DNA of 63,858 nt, counting the filler, from an uncultured Methanosarcinales archaeon (GTDB taxonomy: Archaea; Nanobdellota; Nanobdellia; Woesearchaeales; CAZKBD01): the NCBI GenBank assembly GCA_964550945.1. It is 8 parts of 8 records of this genome, joined end to end, with 100 filler letters (N's around TTAATTAATTAA, not from the genome) between each part and the next. Parts side by side here need not be neighbours in the genome. Positions count along the whole stretch, not along the records: positions 1 to 9,379 come from CAZKBD010000074.1; positions 9,480 to 18,443 come from CAZKBD010000076.1; 6 more parts are not named here. The stretch is one strand, 5' to 3'. Positions 1-9,480 of this stretch are shown piece by piece. Positions within the stretch are counted from its first letter, which is position 1; each line of letters starts with the position of its first letter. The notes under the pieces were generated by a model. That model was not told the DNA's origin. It saw only the letters and a program-made list of their open reading frames with translations, and did not search any database. Made by a program: the position numbers and the translations under genes.

Positions 1-54
1 TAGTTAGAACTATTTAAGAATTGGAAAAATTAAGAATTAATTTTTCCTTTCTTG
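1..54. repeat. 54-bp sequence identical to the reverse complement of 63805-63858; contains the hairpin GGAAAAATTAA-gaa-TTAATTTTTCC
   Basis: Direct comparison of the two window ends; identity stops at base 55. Confidence 0.95.
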
Positions 55-138
55 GCTTCGGAAATGCAATGCATTTTCGAAACATAAGAACTGCTCTGGC
101 ATTTCTTGGCTTCGAAATTCTCGAGAATTTCGAAACAT
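48..138. repeat. Two tandem palindromic units (48-85, 102-138), TTTCTTGGCTTCG-palindrome-CGAAACAT
   Basis: Shared flanks with different self-complementary cores (tcggaaatgc-aat-gcattttcga; tcgaaattctcgagaatttcga). Confidence 0.85.
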
Positions 139-167
139 TTAAAACTTATATTCTATTCTTATGATAT

Positions 168-439
168 GGAAGGCTAGGATGGGAAGTTAGCACTCTCCTG
201 TAACCCTAAACGTGCTTTAGAGGGGTCTGAAGCCATCGAAGAGGTGCTTGCTATGACTATTGGTCTTGGCTCGTACAATGAGGCTCTGTCCTTTAGGGTT
301 GGTGTTTTAGCGAAAAGGGTCAGATCAGGAATGAAGCAGCCCTAAACTTTAGCATCGATGCTTAAAGGGTAGCGGAGCTAAGGAACAGTCAAGGTAAACT
401 AATAGTTACTGCTTGTATCCATTCTTTGGCGTGCCTTCC
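168..439 (+). ncRNA. ffs: Archaeal SRP (7S) RNA
   Basis: Terminal helix GGAAGGC/GCCTTCC; Alu-like CTGTAACCC; helix 8 AGGGT-CAGA-TCA-GGAA-TGA-AGCA-GCCCT with GGAA tetraloop; TATA-like tttaaaa about 25 nt upstream; T-rich tail. Confidence 0.88.
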
Positions 440-456
440 GCTTAATTTTTAGAATT

Positions 457-1389
457 CTATCTAACATAACTTAGCCAATGCTCATATTTCTTGTTCTTAC
501 CATGTACAGCGTCTAAGAATATTTCTTTAATCTTCTTAGTAATCGGACCAGGAGCTTCTTTACCTATCTTTTTGCCGTCTAGACTAGCAATTGGAGTGAC
601 CTCTGCAGCAGTCCCTGTGAAAAAAGCCTCATTTGCATTATAAACATCTTCTAATTTCAAAGCTTTTTCCTCTACCTTGATTCCTTGATCCTTTGCTATC
701 TGCATTATTGACATTCTTGTAATTCCTGGTAAAACATTACCTAACGGAGGAGTTAATAATCTGCCATCTTTGACTAGGAATAGATTTTCGCCAGGCCCTT
801 CTGCTATATTCCCTTTGTAATCCAGCAATAACGCCTCTTCATATCCTTCTTTTTTAGCTTCCAAACTAGCAAAAATTGAGTTAACATAATGCCCGCAAAT
901 CTTTGCGTCTGCATGAGTTGACTTGGGATGGATTCTTAGGTAGCTAGAGGTCTTAACCTTAACAGCTTCCTCTCCTAAATAACTCCCCCAAGGCCATACT
1001 GCAATAGCGCAATTTAATTCAGCTCCTTTTGGGTCTAATCCCATCTTTCCATATCCATAGAATATTATTGGCCTTATATAACCTGCATCTATTTTATTCT
1101 CTTTTATAGTCTTCAAAATAGCTTGATTAAACTCTTCTTTAGTATAAGGAACTTTCATGAATGCTGTTTCAGCTGATTTAAACAAGCGACCAGTATGCTC
1201 TTTTAATCTGAATACAGCAGGTCCTTTATCTGTCTTATAGAAACGAACTCCTTCAAAAACTCCTAAACTGGTCTCAGAGCGCGAACTCTAAAGATATCCA
1301 TAGTGGAGTGTGTGAGTTAAAACATGAACCTTCGCTTCTTTCCATGGAACTAATTTTCCATCCATCCAAATAAATTTGGTTTCTTCCAT
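457..1389 (-). CDS. ilvE: Branched-chain amino acid aminotransferase, interrupted by a 30-nt insertion (300 aa after removal)
   Basis: N-terminus [31 protein letters not shown] upstream of the tracked ORF, then [16 protein letters not shown] (PLP Lys), [19 protein letters not shown]; the in-frame TAG lies in the insert. Confidence 0.93.
1266..1295 (-). other. Candidate BHB (tRNA-type) intron in the ilvE mRNA
   Basis: Insert ATCTTTAGAGTTCGCGCTCTGAGACCAGTT; hairpin plus two 3-nt bulges; cutting after the second base of each bulge yields CAC TAT GGA TTA GGA GTT (HYGLGV). Confidence 0.75.
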
Positions 1390-1430
1390 TTTACTAAGTG
1401 AATAGAATTTTATTTAAAAATGTTTTGTTA

Positions 1431-1590
1431 AAACAACAATATTCCACTCATTTTAGATGATTGGTGAAGTGGAATTTGTTGTGCTCAAAAACCCCCGTTT
1501 AGGAGTGGAATATTGAGTGTCAAAAACCACTTGATGCTTGAACATATGATATTACATGGCACCCGTCTATGGTGGGTGGTTTTTGACATG
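1431..1590. repeat. Nested hairpin / MITE-like intergenic element, copy A
   Basis: Perfect inverted repeat TGTCAAAAACCAC (1518-1530) / GTGGTTTTTGACA (1576-1588); extra arm TGCTCAAAAACC at 1482; ATTCCACT/AGTGGAAT arms. Confidence 0.75.
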
Positions 1591-1597
1591 TTAACAT

Positions 1598-1861
1598 TTA
1601 CTTGTGAAACCTTAACCACAAATTCTTAAACAAAGGCAATGTCAATGTAGACAGCATAAATGCAACAGCAGGGACAATCGCATTCAGCCAAGGCTTTGGA
1701 ATCCTAATTGCCTGCAAATAAATCCCAATCGCCAAATAAGTGAACAAAGTAAGCAATAACCTTCTAGTACTGCTTGTCTCCCAAGCCTTGTCTAGCTCTA
1801 CTTTTTTATTTCTCTCTTTTATTATCTCAATCTCTTTTTGCAATTGTTTTACTGCTACCAT
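1598..1861 (-). CDS. Small membrane protein (2 TM), hypothetical
   Basis: 87-aa ORF with RNKKVELDKAWETS then two hydrophobic segments. Confidence 0.75.
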   Translation of the reverse strand: MVAVKQLQKEIEIIKERNKKVELDKAWETSSTRRLLLTLFTYLAIGIYLQAIRIPKPWLNAIVPAVAFMLSTLTLPLFKNLWLRFHK

Positions 1862-2033
1862 ATATCACATATAGTAGCGCTGGTTTAAATAAATTTCCAA
1901 TGTGCCAGGAATATTTTCAGTTAATAATAAAATAGGAATATAGTCAATATCCAGGTTGAATCTGGAGAGGGGTTCGATTTCATCGAAAAGTATATAAATA
2001 AGTAACCACACATATATAAGTAGGGTGAGTATA

Positions 2034-2261
2034 ATGACCAATGTAACACTAGCTGTACCAGAGGATCTGCATGAAATAATGCAGAGGCATAAGGATATCA
2101 AATGGAGTGAGGTAGCAAGACAAGCCATGTGGGAAAAAGCACGCAAACTTGAGATTATGGATAAGCTTCTTGCCAAGAGCGAATTGACTGAAGAAGATGC
2201 GCTCGAGATTGGGCGCAAAATAAGGCACGGCATTGCAAAAAAACACCGCTTGGCCAAATGA
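2034..2261 (+). CDS. Ribbon-helix-helix VapB-like antitoxin
   Basis: [16 protein letters not shown]...[13 protein letters not shown] pattern; GGTGA SD; overlaps the PIN gene. Confidence 0.8.
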   Translation: MTNVTLAVPEDLHEIMQRHKDIKWSEVARQAMWEKARKLEIMDKLLAKSELTEEDALEIGRKIRHGIAKKHRLAK

Positions 2262-2668
2262 AGATTATCATTGATGCAAACAGAATTATTGCTGCGCTAG
2301 TCAAACAGAGCACAACAAGGGATATTTTATTTGATGGAAAATTTGAATTTGTGACTCCTGATCATAGTATTACTGAAATCAATAATCATAAGGAAGAATT
2401 ACAAAGAAAGACAAATCTAACATCTGAAGAATTTGATGTTTTGCTTGCCCTTATTTTTGAAAATATAATCATTCTTCCAGCAGAAACCTACTCACAGTTT
2501 ATGGATGAATGTAAAAATGAAATTAGCGACATAGATGATGCGCCTTACCTTGCAGCATGCCTTGCAAGCAGAGCAGAGGGCATATGGTCACACGATCCTC
2601 ACATTCTCGAACAGAAGAAGGTAAAGATATTCACGAACATAGATATGCTAAGACTTTCTAAACTATAA
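2258..2668 (+). CDS. PIN-domain (VapC-like) toxin
   Basis: [30 protein letters not shown] acidic PIN residues. Confidence 0.88.
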   Translation: MKIIIDANRIIAALVKQSTTRDILFDGKFEFVTPDHSITEINNHKEELQRKTNLTSEEFDVLLALIFENIIILPAETYSQFMDECKNEISDIDDAPYLAACLASRAEGIWSHDPHILEQKKVKIFTNIDMLRLSKL

Positions 2669-3544
2669 GGATAAAAACCACAAGATTAAGGGGATACTAA
2701 CTAAGCCAATCAAAGTGCTGATAAAAACAACAGAAGCAACTAATTCAGAATCCCTTTTGTATTTTTCTGATAAAATAATCGACATAACTGCAGCAGGCAT
2801 TGCAGATTCAATCAATATCACATCCCTTACCAACCCCGTGATAGAAAATAGCTTAATAATTACGAAAGCGATTACAAATCCTATAATGATCCTGAACAAA
2901 GAGGCAAAAAATGCTGTTTTTAACGTTCTTATCTTAATTTCAGTTAATTTATAGCCTAATACCAGTAATGCCAATGGAATCGCAATCATTCCAATCATCT
3001 CCATTGGTTTGAAGAGCATTTCTGGAATCGTTATCTTTAATAAATTTAACAGTAGACCAATAACAACTGCATAGATTAATGGAACCTTAAACGCTTCCTT
3101 TAGCCCATTTTTATGGTGGATTATCCAAATGCCAATGCTAAAAAGAAATAATGAATTTATCATATCATAAACTACTGCTCTTGACAATCCTGCAATGCCA
3201 AAAGCAAACAAACAAATTGGATAGCCTAAATAGCCAGTATTGCCAAAAGACATTGGGAGGTATAATCCTTTTTTCTCTGATTTTGTTGTTTTTAGAATTA
3301 TAAAAATTAACAAAAATGAGATTAAAATAACAGAGCTTGCTGCTAAAGTTATCAACAAAAAATCTGATAGGTTGATATCACTATTGGAAATAGAAGTTAT
3401 TATCAAAAAAGGGCCTGCAAGGTAAACAATCAGGTCAATAAATGGCTGGGTGCTTATCTTTTTGTATTTGCCGATAATGAATCCAGCTAATACAATCAAG
3501 AATACAGGCATTACTGTTTGGAGTATCAAAACAAATGACATCAA
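2663..3544 (-). CDS. AEC (auxin efflux carrier) family transporter
   Basis: About 10 TM; FGNTGYLGYP and SAMPAAV motifs. Confidence 0.9.
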   Translation of the reverse strand: MMSFVLILQTVMPVFLIVLAGFIIGKYKKISTQPFIDLIVYLAGPFLIITSISNSDINLSDFLLITLAASSVILISFLLIFIILKTTKSEKKGLYLPMSFGNTGYLGYPICLFAFGIAGLSRAVVYDMINSLFLFSIGIWIIHHKNGLKEAFKVPLIYAVVIGLLLNLLKITIPEMLFKPMEMIGMIAIPLALLVLGYKLTEIKIRTLKTAFFASLFRIIIGFVIAFVIIKLFSITGLVRDVILIESAMPAAVMSIILSEKYKRDSELVASVVFISTLIGLVSIPLILWFLSL

Positions 3545-3617
3545 ACCAATAGAGAAAGATTGATTATTAAAAGGTTATGGTTTTAAAAGAAAAAAATAAA
3601 AAAAATTAAGAAGTATT

Positions 3618-4781
3618 CTATGCAGCTCTATAGACAACTGGAAGAACATTTTGATCCATGTGTCTTCCTGCTCTAACAATTGCTTCTCTACCTTTCCCAG
3701 CTACTGCCAAGTCAAATCTGTACATATCTTCTATCTCATGTACGAGCGCCGCACAAACCGCTCTTCCTGGGCTATCTTGCGCATAGTCATGTAATGGCTT
3801 TAATGCTTGCGCAAAATCGACCATACCATCACCAGCAACTCTTGCAACCCAAATTCCATCGTCGTGAGGCATATATGTTCCGGTTCCCATTAGGCCATTT
3901 GCTAAAACGACACCAGGTCTTGTAGCAGTATCCTTAATGTGGGCTGAATAAACTCTGTCTTTCCATTTCTCAGAGAAAGCTGCCATTTCCTTATTTGCTC
4001 TTACATGGTCTCCCAAGTGAGCATATAAACACTGGTTATATAGGTGTGACCAATCTATCATAACACCTACTCCCGGCATATCCGTGGTTGCTTCAAGCAG
4101 AGCATCCATTAAATAAGGCGTACCTGCCCAGTTTGTAACTGGATTATTTAACTTTGCTGACGTAAATGTTCTTTGCATTGGACAATTTTCAAACAATATA
4201 AACCCGCCATAAACCTCCCTAATTTCTTGGACCAACTCACGAACCATTCTCTGGTATTCAGTTCTTATAGCTCTTTGAGTTTCTGGTCTTGATATTGTTA
4301 CTGGATCTGTTTTTATTCCCAGTTTGTCTAGAATTCTATCAGCAGGATTTCCTGCAAATATTGTGTAAGTTTCAACTCCTATATGCTGCAGAGCCCTTGC
4401 ATTTTCAATAATATGTGCCCTGTGTGTATCATCACCTAGGGTGTTCATACAAGTGGTTCCACCAGTAATTATAGTTCCTAGATCCGCTTGCATTCTTTCT
4501 ATTTTTTGTCTCGCTTCAGGATCTGCTAACATTTCACTAGGTTGGAAAGTTCCAGCAAAGAAGTCCCTTTCACCAGGGAATAACGGAACATCTACTCCTG
4601 TTATTGAGACTCCATTTTCTTCTCGAATTTTTTTAGCAGTTCCAAAAAGGTCTTCAATTCCCTCATACCCATGAAACTGGTGCTGGAATTGAGTTGCAAT
4701 CCCTAACATTGAATGAACAGGTCTACCATTTGCATGATAAAGCCTATCAATATTTCTTACTTCGATTATTTCTGGTGCCAT
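3618..4781 (-). CDS. Xylose-isomerase-like TIM barrel (sugar-phosphate isomerase/epimerase)
   Basis: LFENCP, DWSHL, AHIKD, GDGMVDF, HEIED metal-binding pattern; divergent. Confidence 0.75.
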   Translation of the reverse strand: MAPEIIEVRNIDRLYHANGRPVHSMLGIATQFQHQFHGYEGIEDLFGTAKKIREENGVSITGVDVPLFPGERDFFAGTFQPSEMLADPEARQKIERMQADLGTIITGGTTCMNTLGDDTHRAHIIENARALQHIGVETYTIFAGNPADRILDKLGIKTDPVTISRPETQRAIRTEYQRMVRELVQEIREVYGGFILFENCPMQRTFTSAKLNNPVTNWAGTPYLMDALLEATTDMPGVGVMIDWSHLYNQCLYAHLGDHVRANKEMAAFSEKWKDRVYSAHIKDTATRPGVVLANGLMGTGTYMPHDDGIWVARVAGDGMVDFAQALKPLHDYAQDSPGRAVCAALVHEIEDMYRFDLAVAGKGREAIVRAGRHMDQNVLPVVYRAA

Positions 4782-4848
4782 TTTTCCTCATCCTCCACTT
4801 GTTTTTATAATTTAAAAAAATAAAAAATTATAACCTTATTCTCTTCAA

Positions 4849-6162
4849 TTACTTGAATCTGCAATTTTGAATAAAGTTATAAAATTGTTTTCCTGGATCA
4901 ACAATATGAGCACTGTCCTGCCCATAAATAAGGGCTGGTTCATTCCATCTACTAGCTACTGTCCTAACAGCATCAACAGCTTGCCCCATTGTTCTTTCAG
5001 TAAATGCCCGCATTATTCCGGGATCTTGACTCCTAATAGCACCAATCATATCAAGCGATTCATCAAGAACCATATCACCATATCCTTTCGAATGCCCCCC
5101 AGGCCTTCCGCTAATACTTGGTGCTGAACCTCGCTCATACACCCTAGTTAAACCATATCCCTTATCTTCAACAAACAGTTGGTTTGGGTGTTCCTGGAAC
5201 CATGTTATTGTACCTTTCTCACATTTTACTGAGACATAGAAATGATTCTCATTTCCAGCATCTACTTGCGACAATCTGTATTTACCTTTAAATTCATGGT
5301 CATTAGGCATTCTGTAAGTCCATTCTGCATATGCTCTGTCATCACCAGATGCAGCTATGTCATCCATCCTTACCTTCTCAACTTTAGACCCGCCACTGCC
5401 TCCTGTGAATGTAACTGCAGAAGCAGCCTTATCAAGCCACCTATACTCATGTAGGTTATATCTTTGTCCTGTAAACTTTACAAACTCTCCTCCGAAAAGA
5501 TGATGTGTTGTCATAACTTGATGTGATCCAAGGTCTCCAGTAAGTTTTCCCTTTCCCGCTAAATCAATCCATGGTCTCCATCCAATATTCATGTGTGGAT
5601 CTACCTGCCAACCTTGGATATAACCCATCTCAACTTCATCAACAAGGCCCATTTCCTTTTTGGAGCCATCTTGAAGCGTTAATGCACCTGAACTTATTAT
5701 CTCCCTTAGCTGGTGTGTTAGAACATCTGTATGCCTATACTGAGAGTTTATTTCAGCTACGACACAATTTTCCAATGTAGCTTGCATTACAGCTTCAGCA
5801 TCTTCAACAGTCGTGGCAAGAGGCTTTTCAAACAATATATGCCTTCCAGCTTTAGCAGCTGCTTTACCCATTTCAGCATGCATACAATTTGGAGTTGCAA
5901 GATACACCAGATCAACTGGCACGTTAAGTTGGGTTAGTAGAGTATGATAATCCCCAAAAGTCCCAGTTAACTCTAAATCAGGAAAGTTATTAATTCTCAT
6001 ATAATTTGTGACTTCCTCATTTGTTTGGCCCAAAGCAGCAACAATCCTTGCAGTGCCTTGCTCTAAAATATGAGGCGCTATACTGCCCATCATCCCTAAA
6101 CCAACAACCGCAACATTTACATCATGATCTACTGCTCTTCTTTGTAAAACCATCTTCCTCAT
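4849..6162 (-). CDS. Gfo/Idh/MocA family oxidoreductase
   Basis: VVGLGMMG, VYLATPNCMH, HILFEKPLA, GDLGSH. Confidence 0.85.
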   Translation of the reverse strand: MRKMVLQRRAVDHDVNVAVVGLGMMGSIAPHILEQGTARIVAALGQTNEEVTNYMRINNFPDLELTGTFGDYHTLLTQLNVPVDLVYLATPNCMHAEMGKAAAKAGRHILFEKPLATTVEDAEAVMQATLENCVVAEINSQYRHTDVLTHQLREIISSGALTLQDGSKKEMGLVDEVEMGYIQGWQVDPHMNIGWRPWIDLAGKGKLTGDLGSHQVMTTHHLFGGEFVKFTGQRYNLHEYRWLDKAASAVTFTGGSGGSKVEKVRMDDIAASGDDRAYAEWTYRMPNDHEFKGKYRLSQVDAGNENHFYVSVKCEKGTITWFQEHPNQLFVEDKGYGLTRVYERGSAPSISGRPGGHSKGYGDMVLDESLDMIGAIRSQDPGIMRAFTERTMGQAVDAVRTVASRWNEPALIYGQDSAHIVDPGKQFYNFIQNCRFK

Positions 6163-6414
6163 TCCTCCATCATCATTTTTTTACTATAATCTCTATTAAC
6201 TATCTCTATGTTAACGGTTTATCACTCTTTTTTTACAATAGAAGTTACTGAACTCATCTGTTCTAGAACCTAAGAAAACGTTCAAACTTGAAGATATATT
6301 GTATGCCGTTTTAATACCCCCTAACGAATTATTTGATTGAGAAATCAGCTTATTTATATAGTTTTTGTAAATTTTACGTCGGAAAAATGTCCCAAATTGG
6401 TGACAAAAATCCAA

Positions 6415-8055
6415 CTATTTCCCGTAACAATTCTTTCCTTTAAATTTCTCCCTGTATATCTCAAGCAAAGGAGTCATCTTTCTGTTAGGGGCTTTTACTT
6501 TATTTAGCCTTTCCTTTATTTCTTTATCTGTTAGCTTAACATTAACCTTCCTTTTGTCTATGTCAATCTCAATAACATCTCCATCTTTTATTGCAGCAAT
6601 TGCCCCTCCATTGTAAGCTTCCATCTCAACATGGCCGATGCATGGCCCAGATGTGCCGCCAGAAAACCTTCCATCAGTGATTAAAGCAACTTTCTTGTAT
6701 CCGGCTCCTTTTATTGCATCTGTTGGTGTTAACATCTCAGGCATGCCAGGAGCACCGCAAGGCCCTTGGAAAGGCAGAACAATAACATCTCCTTCTTTTA
6801 TTTTTTTAGCTTGAATATCAGAAAGCAGATCATCCTCATTATAAAACACCTTAGCTGGGCCAGTGTGCTTCCTCATGCTTTCATCAACAGCAGTCTGCTT
6901 GATAACAGAGCTGTGAGCAATATTCCCCTTGAGAACAGCAATGCCTCCTTCTTTCATAAAAGGATTATCTAATCTTCTAATCACATCATCATCAGTAACT
7001 TTTCCTTCGTTCGCAATCTCTTTTATTGATTTTCCATTTACTGTTGGCGAGTCTTTTAGCATATCTTTCAATCTGTTTAGAACTCCTGGAACTCCTCCTG
7101 CTTTATCAATATCAGCCATCTCATAAGTACCAGAAGGAATTATTTTGCACAAATTTGGAGTTTCTCTTGAAATTTTATCAAATATATCTATAGTAACATC
7201 AACACCAGCTTCTTTAGCAATTGCTGGGATATGCAATACTGTATTAGTTGAGCCGCCCATTGCCATATCCACTCTTATTGCGTTCTCAAAAGCGTTCTTT
7301 GTCATTATATCCTTTGGCTTGGTATCTTTCTTAACTAGCTCTACAATTTTTCTTCCGGTTTCATAAGCCTGTTTTTTCTTTAAAGGATTCAAAGCAAGTG
7401 TTGTCGCGCATCTTGTAACAGACATTCCTAAAACTTCTGTTACAGTTGCCATTGTATTTGCTGTGTATAATCCGACACAGCTGCCTGCTCCGCAGACCAT
7501 GCAAGGAAGCATTTTAGCAGCTTCTTCTTCGCTCATAGTTCCTCCTTTAACCTGGCCTACAATCCCAAATCCCTCAATTGGATGGTGTTTTGAGCCATCT
7601 TTCATAACATTAGCTTTCATAGGGCCGCCAGTCAAAATGATAGCAGGTAGGTTAAGGCGACCGCAAGCCATCAACATGCCTGGCGTACATTTATCGCAAT
7701 TGGTTATACCAACCCAACCATCTAGACTATGACTTAAGACCATAATCTCTATGTTGTCTGCAATGTGCTCTCTAGATGGCAAAGACAATCTCATGAAAAA
7801 ATGCATTGCAATGCCATCGCACACCGTTGGGACACCCCACTCGAAAGGCACTCCTCCTGCATCAATAATGCCTTTTTTCACTTCCTCCTTCAGTCCATTT
7901 AAGTGTATGTGCCCTGGAACAATATTAGTATAAGAGTTTGCTATTCCAATCCAAGGTTTATCTAAATTAAAGTCTTCTTTCTTTAAACCGCAAGACATTA
8001 GAAGTGCTCTGTGGGGAAGAGCCTCTATACTTGTTTTAAGCTTATCACTTTGCAT
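6415..8055 (-). CDS. ilvD: Dihydroxy-acid dehydratase
   Basis: PGHIHL, VCDGIAM, NCDK, GGSTN, GAPGMPEM, LITDGRFSGGT; start at MQSDKLK. Confidence 0.95.
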   Translation of the reverse strand: MQSDKLKTSIEALPHRALLMSCGLKKEDFNLDKPWIGIANSYTNIVPGHIHLNGLKEEVKKGIIDAGGVPFEWGVPTVCDGIAMHFFMRLSLPSREHIADNIEIMVLSHSLDGWVGITNCDKCTPGMLMACGRLNLPAIILTGGPMKANVMKDGSKHHPIEGFGIVGQVKGGTMSEEEAAKMLPCMVCGAGSCVGLYTANTMATVTEVLGMSVTRCATTLALNPLKKKQAYETGRKIVELVKKDTKPKDIMTKNAFENAIRVDMAMGGSTNTVLHIPAIAKEAGVDVTIDIFDKISRETPNLCKIIPSGTYEMADIDKAGGVPGVLNRLKDMLKDSPTVNGKSIKEIANEGKVTDDDVIRRLDNPFMKEGGIAVLKGNIAHSSVIKQTAVDESMRKHTGPAKVFYNEDDLLSDIQAKKIKEGDVIVLPFQGPCGAPGMPEMLTPTDAIKGAGYKKVALITDGRFSGGTSGPCIGHVEMEAYNGGAIAAIKDGDVIEIDIDKRKVNVKLTDKEIKERLNKVKAPNRKMTPLLEIYREKFKGKNCYGK

Positions 8056-9379
8056 TTCTAACAACCTCCACAAAATTCAAATATGGTCTCCAAGGAACTC
8101 GCCATTCTTGAATATTCTTACTTGTTTTATAAAACTCAAAAATAGGTGTTTTTTGAGTTGTTTTTATTATGTTCTTATTAAGAGTATCGCCATCTATTTT
8201 AATAAGTTTCGCCATTTTCTTCAAATCATAAAGAGGAATTGACTTCTTACCATAAATATAGTTTGAAATAACTGACTGGGTTCTTCCTAGATAATTTGCC
8301 AACTTTCTTTGTAGCTTGAATTCATCCATAACTCTCTTAAAGAAATATAGCCTAAAATCATTTTTTAGCATAATATTTTGATTATCAACATTATATTTTT
8401 GAGCTTGGTAATCGTCGAATGGTTGAATGATCTTAGCATTTCTTAAAATGTGAATGTAAACTCCTAGCGAAATTGAAGTAATTTCTATATGTTTCTCCTT
8501 AAGTTTGGAGATTATATCTTTATTAGTAAATGGTTCGCTGGAGGGTATGAGGTTTATTATATCTGAAAACGAGACTTTTGATAAGGCTACCTTGGAATAA
8601 GTCCTATCAAATGCTAATTTTGCTTCCGTTAAAGACTTGACCTTACCTTGAAAACCATAAACTAGTTCGTTCAGCCTGTACCATTTTTCTGTATTCTCTT
8701 CAAAATACTCGAGTAATACAGGATTCCTATAATCACTCTGAAAATAGTATTGGTCCTTGAATTCAGAATATTTTAGGGGTCTTAATCTAACTCCATTATT
8801 GGATACTGTTTGATATACGGAATTTACTACCTCTTTGCTTTTCATTGTTAGAGCAACCATTCCTCTGCAATCAACACTGCCGTCAAAAGTCAAGACACCG
8901 AGAGCAAACGCTTTTCTAAAAGATGGATTGGATTTTTTTATAATTGGTGGCTCCTCAACTATATCACATTTCTTACCAATTGGAAAGCCTAAAAACCTAT
9001 TGAGGTATCTTCCAATAATCCTGCTTTTAAAAACTATTGTCCAAGCATTTTTGCTTTTTGANNNNNNNNNNATGGGATTGGTTTGACTGAATAACCAAAG
9101 CACCCATCTAACCAATCGCAAAACTTCTCCACTGCTAGTTTATCGTGGTCTACTAATTGATAATTATATTCACCCCACAATGCGCCATCTGCTGCGTGTG
9201 CTCCGGCTAGTTTACATAGGGTTAGATTTAATTCTTTTAATGCTTTGATTGGTTTTGAGTCGTATCTCGAGATGGATAAAACTTCAATTCTATCTTGAAT
9301 TTTTTGTTTAATTTCCTCTTGATTTTCAAATTGTTTAGAAAGAGCCCCTAAGAATATGAGGGGAAATTTCTCATATTTA
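8045..9379 (-). CDS. Double-LAGLIDADG endonuclease-like protein with C-terminal HTH domains (5'-partial, spans a 10-N gap)
   Basis: Motif 1 KLAGAHAADG read manually upstream of the gap; motif 2 AFALGVLTFDGSV; XRE-like QRKLANYLGRTQSVISNYIYG. Confidence 0.7.
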
Positions 9380-9479
9380 NNNNNNNNNNNNNNNNNNNNN
9401 NNNNNNNNNNNNNNNNNNNNNNNTTAATTAATTAANNNNNNNNNNNNNNNNNNNNNNNNNNNNNNNNNNNNNNNNNNNN
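9380..9479. other. Artificial contig linker (also 18444-18543, 27498-27597, 36529-36628, 45374-45473, 53879-53978, 62020-62119)
   Basis: 100-nt blocks of N with a central TTAATTAATTAA six-frame stop. Confidence 0.98.
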
Positions 9480-9480
9480 T

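Noticed and set aside
48..138. Mini CRISPR array
   Set aside because: Only two units with non-identical cores, a 16-nt spacer and no cas genes.
1288..1290. TAG read-through or pyrrolysine recoding in ilvE
   Set aside because: Read-through would leave 10 extra residues inside the conserved HYGxGVFEG motif, TAG is used as a normal stop elsewhere in the window, and BHB excision restores the motif exactly.
1865..2257. 130-aa antisense ORF over the antitoxin
   Set aside because: Mostly the shadow of the RHH gene; its 3' tail (1865-1975) might be a gene remnant, but I cannot assign a family.
9380..9479. Recurrent TTAATTAATTAA motif
   Set aside because: Artificial six-frame-stop linker embedded in Ns.
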